A DNA stretch of 64,000 nucleotides. Source: Eubacterium sp. GTDB lineage: Bacteria > Bacillota > Clostridia > Lachnospirales > Lachnospiraceae. The notes below the pieces were generated by a model, which made no database searches, was not told the origin of the DNA, and saw only the letters and a program-made list of their open reading frames with translations. Location: NCBI GenBank assembly GCA_017539165.1, contig JAFYHN010000043.1:42588-106587 (forward strand), in the 5' to 3' direction. The first letter of the stretch is position 1. Every line of letters starts with the position of its first letter. Shown in pieces: positions 28,920-38,599 of the stretch. A program made the position numbers and the translations under genes.

Positions 28920-29516
28920 TTATACAGTAATCTTCTTTTCTCTGTCACGTTTCTTCTTTTCGTCAGCTTTTTTCTTTTTGGCTTCTTCTTTATCTTTCTT
29001 AGCTGCTATCTCATAATCAAGCTGCTTCTGATATTCAGCCTGCTTTCTAAGCATCTTTTCACGGAATGATTTTTTGCGCTTTGGAGCATTTTCAGCTTCC
29101 TGCTGCTGCATCTTCTTAGTAGATTTGTGAAGAACTTTTACACTTGTGATGTAGATTCCGCTGAGCATAGCTTTAACTTCGCCATGCTGAGGAACATCGT
29201 CATAGATTCCTTCATCACATATAAGAGTAACAATCTGAGGACCAACCTTTGCTTTTACGATAGGAAGCTTAGCTTTCTGGTAACGCTTTGGAGCCTGATC
29301 CATAACAGATTTAGGAAGTCCGGCATCCTTCATAGGCATGATCTTCTTATCAATGATAAAAAGGGTAGCAGCCTGTGATGCAGCGTTAATCTGTTCACGC
29401 TGTTCCATCTGCTTTTTCTGCATATTGTTTCCTACGATGTAAAGTGCAATGATTGCACCAATGAGAACAACTGTGATAATAATTGATATTATCCAGCCGG
29501 TGCTAATAAGTATCAT
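28920..29516 (-). CDS. Hypothetical single-TM protein with basic C-terminal helix
   Basis: N-terminal TM, beta-rich middle, Lys-rich tail; RBS AGGAG. Confidence 0.75.
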   Translation of the reverse strand: MILISTGWIISIIITVVLIGAIIALYIVGNNMQKKQMEQREQINAASQAATLFIIDKKIMPMKDAGLPKSVMDQAPKRYQKAKLPIVKAKVGPQIVTLICDEGIYDDVPQHGEVKAMLSGIYITSVKVLHKSTKKMQQQEAENAPKRKKSFREKMLRKQAEYQKQLDYEIAAKKDKEEAKKKKADEKKKRDREKKITV

Positions 29517-29538
29517 AATTTATCTCCTTAAAAATATT

Positions 29539-30276
29539 TTAATTATTTGCATTGTCGAGCATTGTCTGAATCTTACCAGGAATGCTTGAATAGAATTCTT
29601 TTCTTTCCTTTCCGCCCATTTCGTGAGGATAGAACGGTTCAGAGAATTCAACAGTGACTTTACATTTTTTGAGTCCAAGAGGTTTATTGTTCTCAAAGAT
29701 GTTGTCAAATCCTGTAAGTGCACAGAGAACCATCGGACTCTGGGATTTTTCAGCCATACGATAACCGCCGGTTTTAAATGGAAGAAGTTCCTTACCGTGA
29801 TTTCGTGTTCCTTCAGGGAATAGTCCAAGGGAAAGCCCAAGTTTCATAGATTCGGTTCCTTGGTTTATTGTTTCAAGGCCAGCCCTGATATCTTTTCTGT
29901 CAAGGAAGAGACTACCGAGATCGGCAACCCACCAGCTGAAAAGAGGGACTTTTTTGAATTCCTTCTTGGAGATGAAACCAAGTGGTCTGTCGGATATAGC
30001 CTGAAGTATGATGATGTCAAAATAACTTCTGTGATTTCCGATAAAAAGAATTCCCTTATCAGAAGGAACCTTTGAGAGGTTCTCGATTCCCTTTATCTCT
30101 ATATCCGTTCCGACCATGTTTAATAATCCTTTAAAGAACCCTTGAACGAATCGCCAGCATTTCTGCCAGCTCTTATATTTGTTTGTTTTTGAAAGAATCC
30201 ATAGATATAAGTGATAGGGCAGACAGAAAATGACTGCAAGTACCACATATATCAGTCCGATGAATAGTTTTAACAT
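29539..30276 (-). CDS. plsC: Lysophospholipid acyltransferase (1-acyl-sn-glycerol-3-phosphate acyltransferase)
   Basis: NHRSYFD (HX4D) and FPEGTRN. Start moved to ATG 30276. Confidence 0.88.
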   Translation of the reverse strand: MLKLFIGLIYVVLAVIFCLPYHLYLWILSKTNKYKSWQKCWRFVQGFFKGLLNMVGTDIEIKGIENLSKVPSDKGILFIGNHRSYFDIIILQAISDRPLGFISKKEFKKVPLFSWWVADLGSLFLDRKDIRAGLETINQGTESMKLGLSLGLFPEGTRNHGKELLPFKTGGYRMAEKSQSPMVLCALTGFDNIFENNKPLGLKKCKVTVEFSEPFYPHEMGGKERKEFYSSIPGKIQTMLDNANN

Positions 30277-30311
30277 AATTTGAATACCTTTGTAAATATT
30301 TATATGTAATG

Positions 30312-31865
30312 TTATCTGCCAAACATTGTTGCGGTTTCGTATAGTCTGCTGGCAAGGTGTTCGGTAAGTTCCTCTTCCTTGTAGCGCCATGACCAGTTTC
30401 CTTCTCCAATACCCGGAGTGTTGAAGCGTGCCCAGGAATCAAGTTCCAGGACATCCTGCATAGGGACTATAGCCATGGTTGCAACTGAACCGAAGCAAGC
30501 TCGTATCATTACCCAGCAAATATCGCTGGCGTCTGTACTGAAATATCTTCTCAGCTTGTCTCTGGACTGCTCAAAGCAGTTTTTATACCAGCCGAGAGTT
30601 GTATCATTATCATGCGTACCAGTATAGCATACACAGTTTCTTACATGGTTATGAGGAAGGAAGTTGTTCTCATTCGGATTTTCGAATGCAAACTGAAGTA
30701 TCTTCATTCCAGGGAAACCAAATTTATCTCTGAGCTTAACTACGGATTTATCTATCTCGCCGAGGTCCTCAGCGATGATAGGCATATGGTAGCCAAGCGT
30801 TGATTCAAGCATGGTGAAGAAATTCTCTCCAGGCGCTTTAAGCCATTTACCGTTTACAGCAGTAGGTTCGCCGTAAGGTACAGCCCAGTATTTATCGAAA
30901 CCTCGGAAATGGTCAATCCTCAGATAGTCTGTCAGAGCAAGCTGGTGCTTGATCCTTGCAAACCACCATTCATAACCGGTTTTCTTATGTTCGGACCATT
31001 TGTACAGAGGATTACCCCAAAGCTGACCTGTTGTTGAAAAATAATCAGGTGGTACACCGGCCACATTTTTAGGATATCCTTTTGTATCGAGATCAAAGAG
31101 TTTCTTATTAACCCAGACATCAGAGCTGTCCCATGCTACAAAGATAGGGATATCTCCGACTATTTTTATGCCTTTGTCGTTAGCATATTTCTTAAGCTTC
31201 ATCCACTCGATGTCAAAGAAAAACTGAAGGAATTCATAGTATCCAATCTCTTTGGAAAGCTTTTCTTCCCATTTAGTCCTCTGGGCAGCGGTAGGATTTT
31301 TAAGATCATCCTTCCACATATACCAAGGCTCACCATTGTGATAATCCTTGCCTGCCATGAACAGTGCATAGTCGCGAAGCCAAGGGTTGTTATCCTTAAA
31401 CTCTTTAAACTGTTCCATGAGTTCCTTGTCGCTGGACAGTCCGTCATGAACATCTTTGTCAAGAAATCTGTCATAAGCCTTTTTAAACAATTCAGTTTTA
31501 AACTGTATGACATCTCCAAAACAGATATCCTCAGGATTAAACTGAGGCATATCACTGAAGTCTTCTTCCACAAGAAGATCAAGTTCTCGCATATGATCCG
31601 GACTGATCATCAGTGGCTGCCCTGCAAAAGATGAGAACGGCTGATAAGGTGAATCTCCAAATCCGGTATGACCAAGGGGAAGAACCTGCCACAGTTTCAT
31701 TCCCGCCTGTTCCATAAAATCGATAAAATCATAAGCCCCTTTACCCAGATCACCAATCCCGTAAGGTCCGGGAAATGAAGTGGGATGTAACAGTATTCCG
31801 GCCATTCTTTCAGGCCCCATGTCAACACTTGCTGTTATGTCGATATCCATAGTTTGCTCCTCCAA
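30312..31865 (-). CDS. malQ: 4-alpha-glucanotransferase (GH77)
   Basis: GILLHPTSFPG, WQVLPL, GDIPIFV, AGVPPDYFS.TGQLWGNP, RIDHFRG, IAEDLG, TGTHDNDT. Confidence 0.96.
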   Translation of the reverse strand: MEEQTMDIDITASVDMGPERMAGILLHPTSFPGPYGIGDLGKGAYDFIDFMEQAGMKLWQVLPLGHTGFGDSPYQPFSSFAGQPLMISPDHMRELDLLVEEDFSDMPQFNPEDICFGDVIQFKTELFKKAYDRFLDKDVHDGLSSDKELMEQFKEFKDNNPWLRDYALFMAGKDYHNGEPWYMWKDDLKNPTAAQRTKWEEKLSKEIGYYEFLQFFFDIEWMKLKKYANDKGIKIVGDIPIFVAWDSSDVWVNKKLFDLDTKGYPKNVAGVPPDYFSTTGQLWGNPLYKWSEHKKTGYEWWFARIKHQLALTDYLRIDHFRGFDKYWAVPYGEPTAVNGKWLKAPGENFFTMLESTLGYHMPIIAEDLGEIDKSVVKLRDKFGFPGMKILQFAFENPNENNFLPHNHVRNCVCYTGTHDNDTTLGWYKNCFEQSRDKLRRYFSTDASDICWVMIRACFGSVATMAIVPMQDVLELDSWARFNTPGIGEGNWSWRYKEEELTEHLASRLYETATMFGR

Positions 31866-31921
31866 ATCTGCCTTATAACCTTCTTAAAACCGTCTCCCCA
31901 CACGGTTAATTCTTATAGAAT

Positions 31922-33109
31922 TTAGAAGGAATAAGCCTTCTCAAATAGAGGTATAGCTTTTTCTATCATTTCAGTTGGTACGCAGTATGAGATACGGAAA
32001 TGTCCCGGACACTGGAAACTGTCTCCCGGAACTGTGATAAGTCCGAGTTCACGAGCAGCCTTCCAACACCATTCGTTCGCGTCTCCATTTGCAGATGGAA
32101 CTCTTGGCATCATATAGAATGTGCCCATAGGTTTTACAATCTTGTATCCTATACGTGTAAGCTCGTTGTAGAGCAGATTAGCATTTGTTTCATATACAGA
32201 AAGATCACTTGTTTCGTCGATCACTCTTTCGATTGCAAACTGCATGAGAGCAGTAGGACAGTTATGTCCGGTGAATCTTGAAATCTGTCCTGCCATAGGA
32301 ACCAGATAATCTGAATCCTTGGCCGCAGGATTTACTGCCATATATCCGATACGTTCTCCCGGAAGTGAAAGTGACTTACTGAAAGAGTAGCAGCAGATTG
32401 AGTTGTCATAGAACTTTGAAGGGAATGGACTGTCAACACCTTCAAATACAATCTCTCTGTAAGGCTCATCGGTGATGAGGAAGATCTCGTGACCATATTC
32501 GTTCTGCTTTGCTGTAAGAATATCAGCGAGTTTCTGTATTGTTTCTGTTGTATAAACGATTCCTGATGGATTGTTAGGTGAATTGATAAGAACAGCAGCA
32601 ACCTTCTCATCCATCATTTCTTCAAATTTTTCGAAATTAATCTGAAATGTATCGTAGTCTGCAGGAACAACCTTGAGTGTTGCACCGGTACCTGATACAT
32701 ATGGATTGTATTCAGGGAAGTATGGAGCAAATGTAAGTACTGTATCACCTTCGCCTGCTACACATCTTATAGCATGTGAAAGGGCACCTGCAGCTCCCGA
32801 TGTAGGGAAAATATGTTTTGCTTCATAGTTCATACCGAATCTTCTGTTAAGAGAGTCTGCGATACTCTTCTTGGTTGAGTCCTGACCAAGTGTAGGACTG
32901 TAACCGTGAAGCTTAACAGGATCGCTGTTTTCAACTATATCGATAAGCGCTTTTGTAAAGTTGTCCGGAGCCGGAACTGATGGGTTACCAATAGAGAAGT
33001 TATATACACTGTCTGGTCCCATCTCAGCTATACGCTTTCTGGCAAAATCAAAAAACTGGCGAATGACAGATTCCTTACCTGTCATGTCCTTATAGAATTC
33101 AGAAATCAT
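31922..33109 (-). CDS. PLP-dependent class I/II aminotransferase
   Basis: INSPNNPSG, ITDEPY, SFSKSLSLPGERIGY. Start at ATG 33109 after GGAGG. Confidence 0.92.
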   Translation of the reverse strand: MISEFYKDMTGKESVIRQFFDFARKRIAEMGPDSVYNFSIGNPSVPAPDNFTKALIDIVENSDPVKLHGYSPTLGQDSTKKSIADSLNRRFGMNYEAKHIFPTSGAAGALSHAIRCVAGEGDTVLTFAPYFPEYNPYVSGTGATLKVVPADYDTFQINFEKFEEMMDEKVAAVLINSPNNPSGIVYTTETIQKLADILTAKQNEYGHEIFLITDEPYREIVFEGVDSPFPSKFYDNSICCYSFSKSLSLPGERIGYMAVNPAAKDSDYLVPMAGQISRFTGHNCPTALMQFAIERVIDETSDLSVYETNANLLYNELTRIGYKIVKPMGTFYMMPRVPSANGDANEWCWKAARELGLITVPGDSFQCPGHFRISYCVPTEMIEKAIPLFEKAYSF

Positions 33110-33161
33110 AGTTAATCCTCCGTGTTTAGATTCTTTGTCTCTATAGACACGCACGGAGTTC

Positions 33162-33190
33162 ATTATAGCCTATTTTTCTTGATTTTACAA
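33162..33190 (-). promoter_or_regulatory. sigma-A type promoter
   Basis: Minus strand TTGTAA-17 nt-TATAAT. Confidence 0.65.
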
Positions 33191-33303
33191 GAGAGTTTAC
33201 GCTCGATTTTGGTCGTAAAATAAGCGTTTTTGAATAGTTTTAAGTGACTAATTGTGTTATACTCTAAAAACGTAAAAGAATAGAAAATGGAAGGAAACGC
33301 AAA

Positions 33304-33957
33304 TTGTACAAATATGTTTTTTTTGATCTGGACGGAACGTTGACTCAGTCGGAATTCGGCATAATCAATTCAATTGTTTATGCATTGAACAAGATGGGTA
33401 TAGATGTTGAAGACAGAGAGACGGTGAAGAGGTTTATTGGACCGCCGCTCATTGTGGCATTTAAAGATTTTTATCAGATGTCTGATGAGGATGCTGAAAA
33501 GGCTGCTGGATATTACAGAGAATGTTATAAAGCAGGGGAGATGTACAACGCTCCTCTCTATGATGGAATAGAGGAAACTCTGAGGAAACTGAAGGAGGCT
33601 GGGAAGGTTCTCTATGTAGTTACTTCAAAGCCTACGGTTTTTGCTTCACGTATAGTAGAACACTACAATATAGATAAATATTTTGAAGACGTGATCGGAC
33701 CGGATCTGTCGGACAAAAGCTATACAAAAGATGAGTTGGTTGCAGCGGCTATGGCTAAAACAACTGATGGTGAGCCGGTTCTTTCTGAATATCTTATGGT
33801 TGGTGACCGCTATTATGATATAGATGGAGCTAAAGCAAACGGAATAGATTCGATGGGAGTACTGTTTGGATACGGAACACGTGAGGAACTGGAGAAAGCA
33901 GGAGCAACTCATATAGTTGAGACTCCAGAGGATATTTCCCCAATAGCTATAGGATAA
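33304..33957 (+). CDS. HAD-superfamily hydrolase (subfamily IA)
   Basis: FFDLDGTL, VTSK, MVGDR..DIDGA; TTG start. Confidence 0.9.
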   Translation: MYKYVFFDLDGTLTQSEFGIINSIVYALNKMGIDVEDRETVKRFIGPPLIVAFKDFYQMSDEDAEKAAGYYRECYKAGEMYNAPLYDGIEETLRKLKEAGKVLYVVTSKPTVFASRIVEHYNIDKYFEDVIGPDLSDKSYTKDELVAAAMAKTTDGEPVLSEYLMVGDRYYDIDGAKANGIDSMGVLFGYGTREELEKAGATHIVETPEDISPIAIG

Positions 33958-33984
33958 TGTTTAACAAACAGGTGACAGAAGAAT

Positions 33985-34782
33985 ATGAAGATTTTTGATA
34001 CACATGCTCATTATGACGATGAATCGTTTGATGAGGATAGAGATGAACTTCTTGGAGGGAAACTTTTAGAGAAGCTTGAATGGGAGAAAGATATTTGGGT
34101 CGATAAGGTGACGAATATCGGATGCAGTATGAAGTCATCACGTGAATCAGTCAGACTGGCTGAAATGTATGATTATATGTATTCGGTCGTGGGAGTTATA
34201 CCTCACCATGTCGATGAGATAGATGAGAAGGATATCGAAGAGTTGAGAAGTCTGGCCAAGAGTTCTGATAAGGTGGTCGCGATTGGAGAGATAGGGCTTG
34301 ATTACTATTATGATGAACCTGCGCGTGAACTTCAGCATAAGTGGTTTACCCGTCAGATGGAGCTTGCCGGAGAACTCAGTCTTCCAGTTGTGATACATAG
34401 CAGAGAAGCTGCTCAGGATACTGTTGAGCTTATGAAGAAAGCTCATGCAGAAGATATCGGCGGAGTAGTGCATTGCTATTCCTATTCGGAGGAGATGGCC
34501 AGAGAATTTCTGAAAATGAATTTCTACTTCGGTATTGGCGGTGTGGTGACATTTAAAAACTCCAAGAAACTAAAGAGGGCAGTTGCCTCTATTCCACTGG
34601 ACAGGATAGTCCTGGAAACAGATTCACCGTATCTTACACCGTCACCTCATAGAGGTGAAAGAAATGATTCGAGATATCTTGCATTTGTAATCAGTGAGAT
34701 AGCAAGGTTAAAGGAGATAAGCGAAGAGGAAGTGGCAGAGACAACCTACATCAATGCACAGAAGCTTTATCGCTTAATATGA
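33985..34782 (+). CDS. tatD: TatD-family nuclease
   Basis: DTHAH, AIGEIGLDY, IHSREA, VHCYS, LETDSPYL. Confidence 0.93.
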   Translation: MKIFDTHAHYDDESFDEDRDELLGGKLLEKLEWEKDIWVDKVTNIGCSMKSSRESVRLAEMYDYMYSVVGVIPHHVDEIDEKDIEELRSLAKSSDKVVAIGEIGLDYYYDEPARELQHKWFTRQMELAGELSLPVVIHSREAAQDTVELMKKAHAEDIGGVVHCYSYSEEMAREFLKMNFYFGIGGVVTFKNSKKLKRAVASIPLDRIVLETDSPYLTPSPHRGERNDSRYLAFVISEIARLKEISEEEVAETTYINAQKLYRLI

Positions 34783-34852
34783 AAATTTATAAATATAAAA
34801 ACTAGTGCGAATTAATAAAAATAAAAATCAGAAAGGAAGTGGAGTAAAGAAG

Positions 34853-36694
34853 ATGGAGAATACTTTCGTAGTAAATATTATTCATCGTCCAGAGATGGTT
34901 CCCGAATATGCTGAGAAGGTGACAGGACATGGTCAGGCAGAAGACCTTGGTCGTAAGGCACTTCTTACGGAGTCTCTGGATATATTCAGATTCCAGCAGG
35001 AAACTGCACATAAAAACGGTCTGAAGACAACAATTCAGATGACATATGCCAGTCTGTTTAATGAAGAGGCAGTGTCAATTGCTAAGGAACATCATGAGAA
35101 ATATGGTGATGAGATAGCTCTCTCATTGCTGGGACTTCCATGTACGGAATTTCGTGAGAAATATAAAACCAAGGATTTCTGTATCTGGATGTTCTCTATG
35201 GAAGATAAGAAGGCTATAGTAGACGATGTATTTGGAAAGTTCCATGAGATATTCGGTTTTTATCCACAGTCAACGGGTTCCTACTATATGGATGCTGAGC
35301 TTATCAATTATGTGAAGGCGACATATCCGTCAGTTAAATGTGCGGTAGCTACATGTTGGGAAGAGGGACCAAAGGCATATCATACATGCAACAATTCATG
35401 GTATACATTTATGGATGGAGGCCCTTGGAATCCATGGATCCCATCAAAGACCAATACACATGCACCGGCTGCAAATGAAGCAGAGGATAGCGGAATCGTG
35501 GCAATACCGCATCTTTCAAGGGACCTTCTTGCATGTTATGACGGAAATGGTTCTAACTTCGGAACACATCCACAGAACGTGCTTCGAGGAATGATATATG
35601 ACAGCAAAACATGGGAATACCCATATCTCTATAACCTGATCGATCAGTACAGACATCTTGCGAAATACAATAACGGTTATTCATATAACATGATGTTTGT
35701 TGGACCTGGATGGCTTAATAAGATGGGACGTTGGGAAGCGCCGTATGAACTGCTTAAAAAATCATATGAGGATGGTATGGCATATTATGGCGAGCTGAAG
35801 AAAAAGGGCGAACTTGTTGACATGACTATGGCAGAATTCGCTGATTTCTATAGGGCTAATAAATCTTATACAGAACCAGAATGTGCTCTCTGGAAGGATA
35901 TATTATACGGTTCAAATAAACAGCTCTTCTGGTATACAGATCCATATATGAGAGTGTGTGTGAATATGGATCAGGGTGGTGCTATAGTAGACCTCAGACC
36001 ATATGCAGCTAAACTGGAATGGCCTGTAGGAATAGGTACACCTCATATAACAGATGCTTCGTATCCATTCCTTATTCAGGAAAAATACAGAGCTGGTTAC
36101 TTTACACATTATGCAGGTGAAGGAACTATAAGAAGTGCTAAGGTATGTTATAACGGTGAAGAGGTAGACCTGGCTCTTTGCAGAACACATGCTACATTCA
36201 GTCAAAAAGACAAGGCGAGAATTATCACTCTGGATCCAGTCGATATAGAGTTCCATGATCTGACTGTAAAACTTCAGACAGTGATAACATTTGAAGAGGG
36301 TTCTTCAGATATCAGAATAGACAGAAATATCCTTGAGATGAGTAATCCGGATGCCGATGTTACTATAAATGAATACATGGTAGCTTGTTATGGAACAACA
36401 GAATATGCCGAGGATATGCTGGGAATCAAGCTTGCAACAGGCAGTGATGGAAAGTATGAGAAGATTGACTATGAATATAAATGTCGTGAGGCATCAGTTG
36501 CGGGCGGAAAACTTGCTGAAGCAATAATTCCTCAGATAAAGACAAAGGTAATCCTGACATCTGATTCAGATGACGGAGAAAGCTATGTCAGAGAGGGTTA
36601 TGCATTTTCACCGATGTTTACACTCGGTTTTCATAAGAAAATACATGATAAGGAGGTAGTATCAACATGGCTCAAGCTGGAAAGGGCAAATTAA
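34853..36694 (+). CDS. Hypothetical protein, DUF3863-like / glycoside hydrolase-deacetylase barrel
   Basis: FHEIFGFYPQSTGSYYMDA and GGPWNPWIPSKTN..APA recall DUF3863/GH57-like segments; no signal peptide. Start at ATG 34853. Confidence 0.5.
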   Translation: MENTFVVNIIHRPEMVPEYAEKVTGHGQAEDLGRKALLTESLDIFRFQQETAHKNGLKTTIQMTYASLFNEEAVSIAKEHHEKYGDEIALSLLGLPCTEFREKYKTKDFCIWMFSMEDKKAIVDDVFGKFHEIFGFYPQSTGSYYMDAELINYVKATYPSVKCAVATCWEEGPKAYHTCNNSWYTFMDGGPWNPWIPSKTNTHAPAANEAEDSGIVAIPHLSRDLLACYDGNGSNFGTHPQNVLRGMIYDSKTWEYPYLYNLIDQYRHLAKYNNGYSYNMMFVGPGWLNKMGRWEAPYELLKKSYEDGMAYYGELKKKGELVDMTMAEFADFYRANKSYTEPECALWKDILYGSNKQLFWYTDPYMRVCVNMDQGGAIVDLRPYAAKLEWPVGIGTPHITDASYPFLIQEKYRAGYFTHYAGEGTIRSAKVCYNGEEVDLALCRTHATFSQKDKARIITLDPVDIEFHDLTVKLQTVITFEEGSSDIRIDRNILEMSNPDADVTINEYMVACYGTTEYAEDMLGIKLATGSDGKYEKIDYEYKCREASVAGGKLAEAIIPQIKTKVILTSDSDDGESYVREGYAFSPMFTLGFHKKIHDKEVVSTWLKLERAN

Positions 36695-36879
36695 ACTATA
36701 GATGTCCGATGTGTTTTATGAGAGATCTGGATATTGATATGTTTTACGACAAGGATAAATCCGAATATTACTGCCTCAGATGTCAGTATACAGGTGATGA
36801 GAAAGATATCCTTGAGAAGAATGAACTAATCAGAATTAAATACAGGAGTATGTATGAGAGGATAACAGATTTCGACTGA
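36667..36879 (+). CDS. Small zinc-ribbon protein (CxxC...CxxC)
   Basis: AAGGAGG RBS inside the upstream gene; CPMC and CLRC motifs; 28-nt overlap. Confidence 0.8.
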   Translation: MAQAGKGKLNYRCPMCFMRDLDIDMFYDKDKSEYYCLRCQYTGDEKDILEKNELIRIKYRSMYERITDFD

Positions 36880-36887
36880 TAACTATT

Positions 36888-36922
36888 AATGCAGGAGGCA
36901 TTTAAAGCTTCCTGCATTTTTC
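36888..36922 (+). terminator. Rho-independent terminator
   Basis: AATGCAGGAGGC...GCTTCCTGCATT followed by Ts. Confidence 0.75.
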
Positions 36923-37018
36923 TATTTATGTTATATTTAATTCCTGTGAACAGGATAGCTGTTTGACTTTGTACATTTGTGTCATCACTTAGATATATAG
37001 AAAGAACAGGTTTGAAAT

Positions 37019-37699
37019 ATGAATAATGCTTTGAAGAACGAAAAAACCAGGATATTGCTTCTGGAAGATGATGATATGATCGCTTCCGGTCTTATATATG
37101 CACTGCAGAACGAAGGATATGAGGTGTCATATGCATCTAATGTTGCCACGGCAAAAAAGATGGTTGAAGAGACAGGGTTTAATACGGCAGTCATAGACAT
37201 ACAGCTTCCGGATGGAAATGGAGTCGAAGTGAGCAGGCTGTTAAAGGAACAGGAGGTTCCTGTTATATTCCTTACGGTAGTGGATGACGAATCAAAAATA
37301 GTAAAGGCATTTGAAGAAGGAGCGGAAGATTATGTTGTTAAACCATTCCGTATTCGGGAACTTATGGCCAGGATAAAGAGGACAATTGCCAATAACAAAG
37401 GCCAGGAAAAAAATATCCTGACTGTCGGTAAAGTGAAAATTGATACAGATGCGGGAAAAGTATGGGTAGAAGATGAGTGCATAGTGCTTACGGCTCTTGA
37501 GTATAGGATTCTGCTTATCTTTGCAGCAAATAAGGGAGTATTGCTGTCGAGAAATCAGATACTCGACAGGATCTGGGATATAGACGGAAACTTTGTTGAA
37601 GATAATACTCTTACAGTATATGTAAAACGAATCAGACAAAAACTTGGAGATGCTATAAATATAGAAACAGTAAGGGGGATAGGTTATCGTGTGGATTGA
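37019..37699 (+). CDS. OmpR/PhoB-family response regulator
   Basis: ILLLEDD, DIQLPDGNG, EDYVVKPF, IETVRGIGY. Confidence 0.93.
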   Translation: MNNALKNEKTRILLLEDDDMIASGLIYALQNEGYEVSYASNVATAKKMVEETGFNTAVIDIQLPDGNGVEVSRLLKEQEVPVIFLTVVDDESKIVKAFEEGAEDYVVKPFRIRELMARIKRTIANNKGQEKNILTVGKVKIDTDAGKVWVEDECIVLTALEYRILLIFAANKGVLLSRNQILDRIWDIDGNFVEDNTLTVYVKRIRQKLGDAINIETVRGIGYRVD

Positions 37700-38513
37700 T
37701 CGTAAAGAGATAGAAAACCTTTCGGAATTTATAAAAGAGTCAGATGACGGAGCGATCAGAGATATACGAGACAATAAAGAAGGCCCCTTAAGCATACTGA
37801 AGAATGATGTCTATATGCTTGTTGAGTCAAAAAATGAGCAGTTAAAGAATGCGTATATGCAGAGAGATGTTCTGGCAGATTATATGTCAGATATATCACA
37901 TCAGTTGAAAACTCCTATTACATCCATGGAGATGATGCTGGATCTTATGGAGGATGCAAGTCCGGAAAAGAAAGAAGAATTTACCCGGAATATCAAGTTT
38001 ACGCTTCATAAGATGGAATGGCTTTTGGGGGCGCTTCTTAAGATGGCGAAGATAGATGCGGATGCGGTGACATTTAACAAAAAGTCAGTAATGGTATCTG
38101 AACTTGTTGAAGAAGTACGTCCTTCGGTTGATGTTCTTCTGGATATAAATGATCAGAAACTGGAACAGGTAAATGACGTAAGTGTTACCTGCGATAAAAG
38201 GTGGATGGCGGAAGCACTTATGAATATTGTAAAGAATGCTATCGAGCATTCTCCTGAAGGGGGAGTGATCACAATTGACTGCGGAGATAACCCGCTATAT
38301 GAATGGATATCAATAAAAGACAGTGGTTCTGGAATGGAAAGAAAAAGCTATTCGGCACTTTTCAAGAGGTTTGAATACTCAACGAATGAAAATGGTTTTG
38401 GTATAGGAATGCCACTGGCTCTGACTATAGTAAAAGGACAGGGCGGAGATATAGATGTTGACTTTGGTGGAAACGGACAGGGAGCTACGTTTATCATTAA
38501 GCTGTATAAATGA
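37689..38513 (+). CDS. HisKA sensor kinase lacking transmembrane segments
   Basis: DISHQLKTP H-box, NIVKNAIEH, IKDSGSG, GFGIGM; no hydrophobic segment at the N-terminus. Confidence 0.85.
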   Translation: MWIDRKEIENLSEFIKESDDGAIRDIRDNKEGPLSILKNDVYMLVESKNEQLKNAYMQRDVLADYMSDISHQLKTPITSMEMMLDLMEDASPEKKEEFTRNIKFTLHKMEWLLGALLKMAKIDADAVTFNKKSVMVSELVEEVRPSVDVLLDINDQKLEQVNDVSVTCDKRWMAEALMNIVKNAIEHSPEGGVITIDCGDNPLYEWISIKDSGSGMERKSYSALFKRFEYSTNENGFGIGMPLALTIVKGQGGDIDVDFGGNGQGATFIIKLYK

Positions 38514-38544
38514 TCATAAATCTCTGATCAAAAAAATCTTTTTG

Positions 38545-38565
38545 TAGTCACTTTATAGTCACTTT
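38545..38565 (+). promoter_or_regulatory. Putative OmpR-family direct-repeat binding site
   Basis: TAGTCACTTT repeated exactly at an 11-bp period just upstream of the ABC genes. Confidence 0.6.
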
Positions 38566-38599
38566 GGGTGATTATGATTGGGTTTAATAAAAGGAGGAG

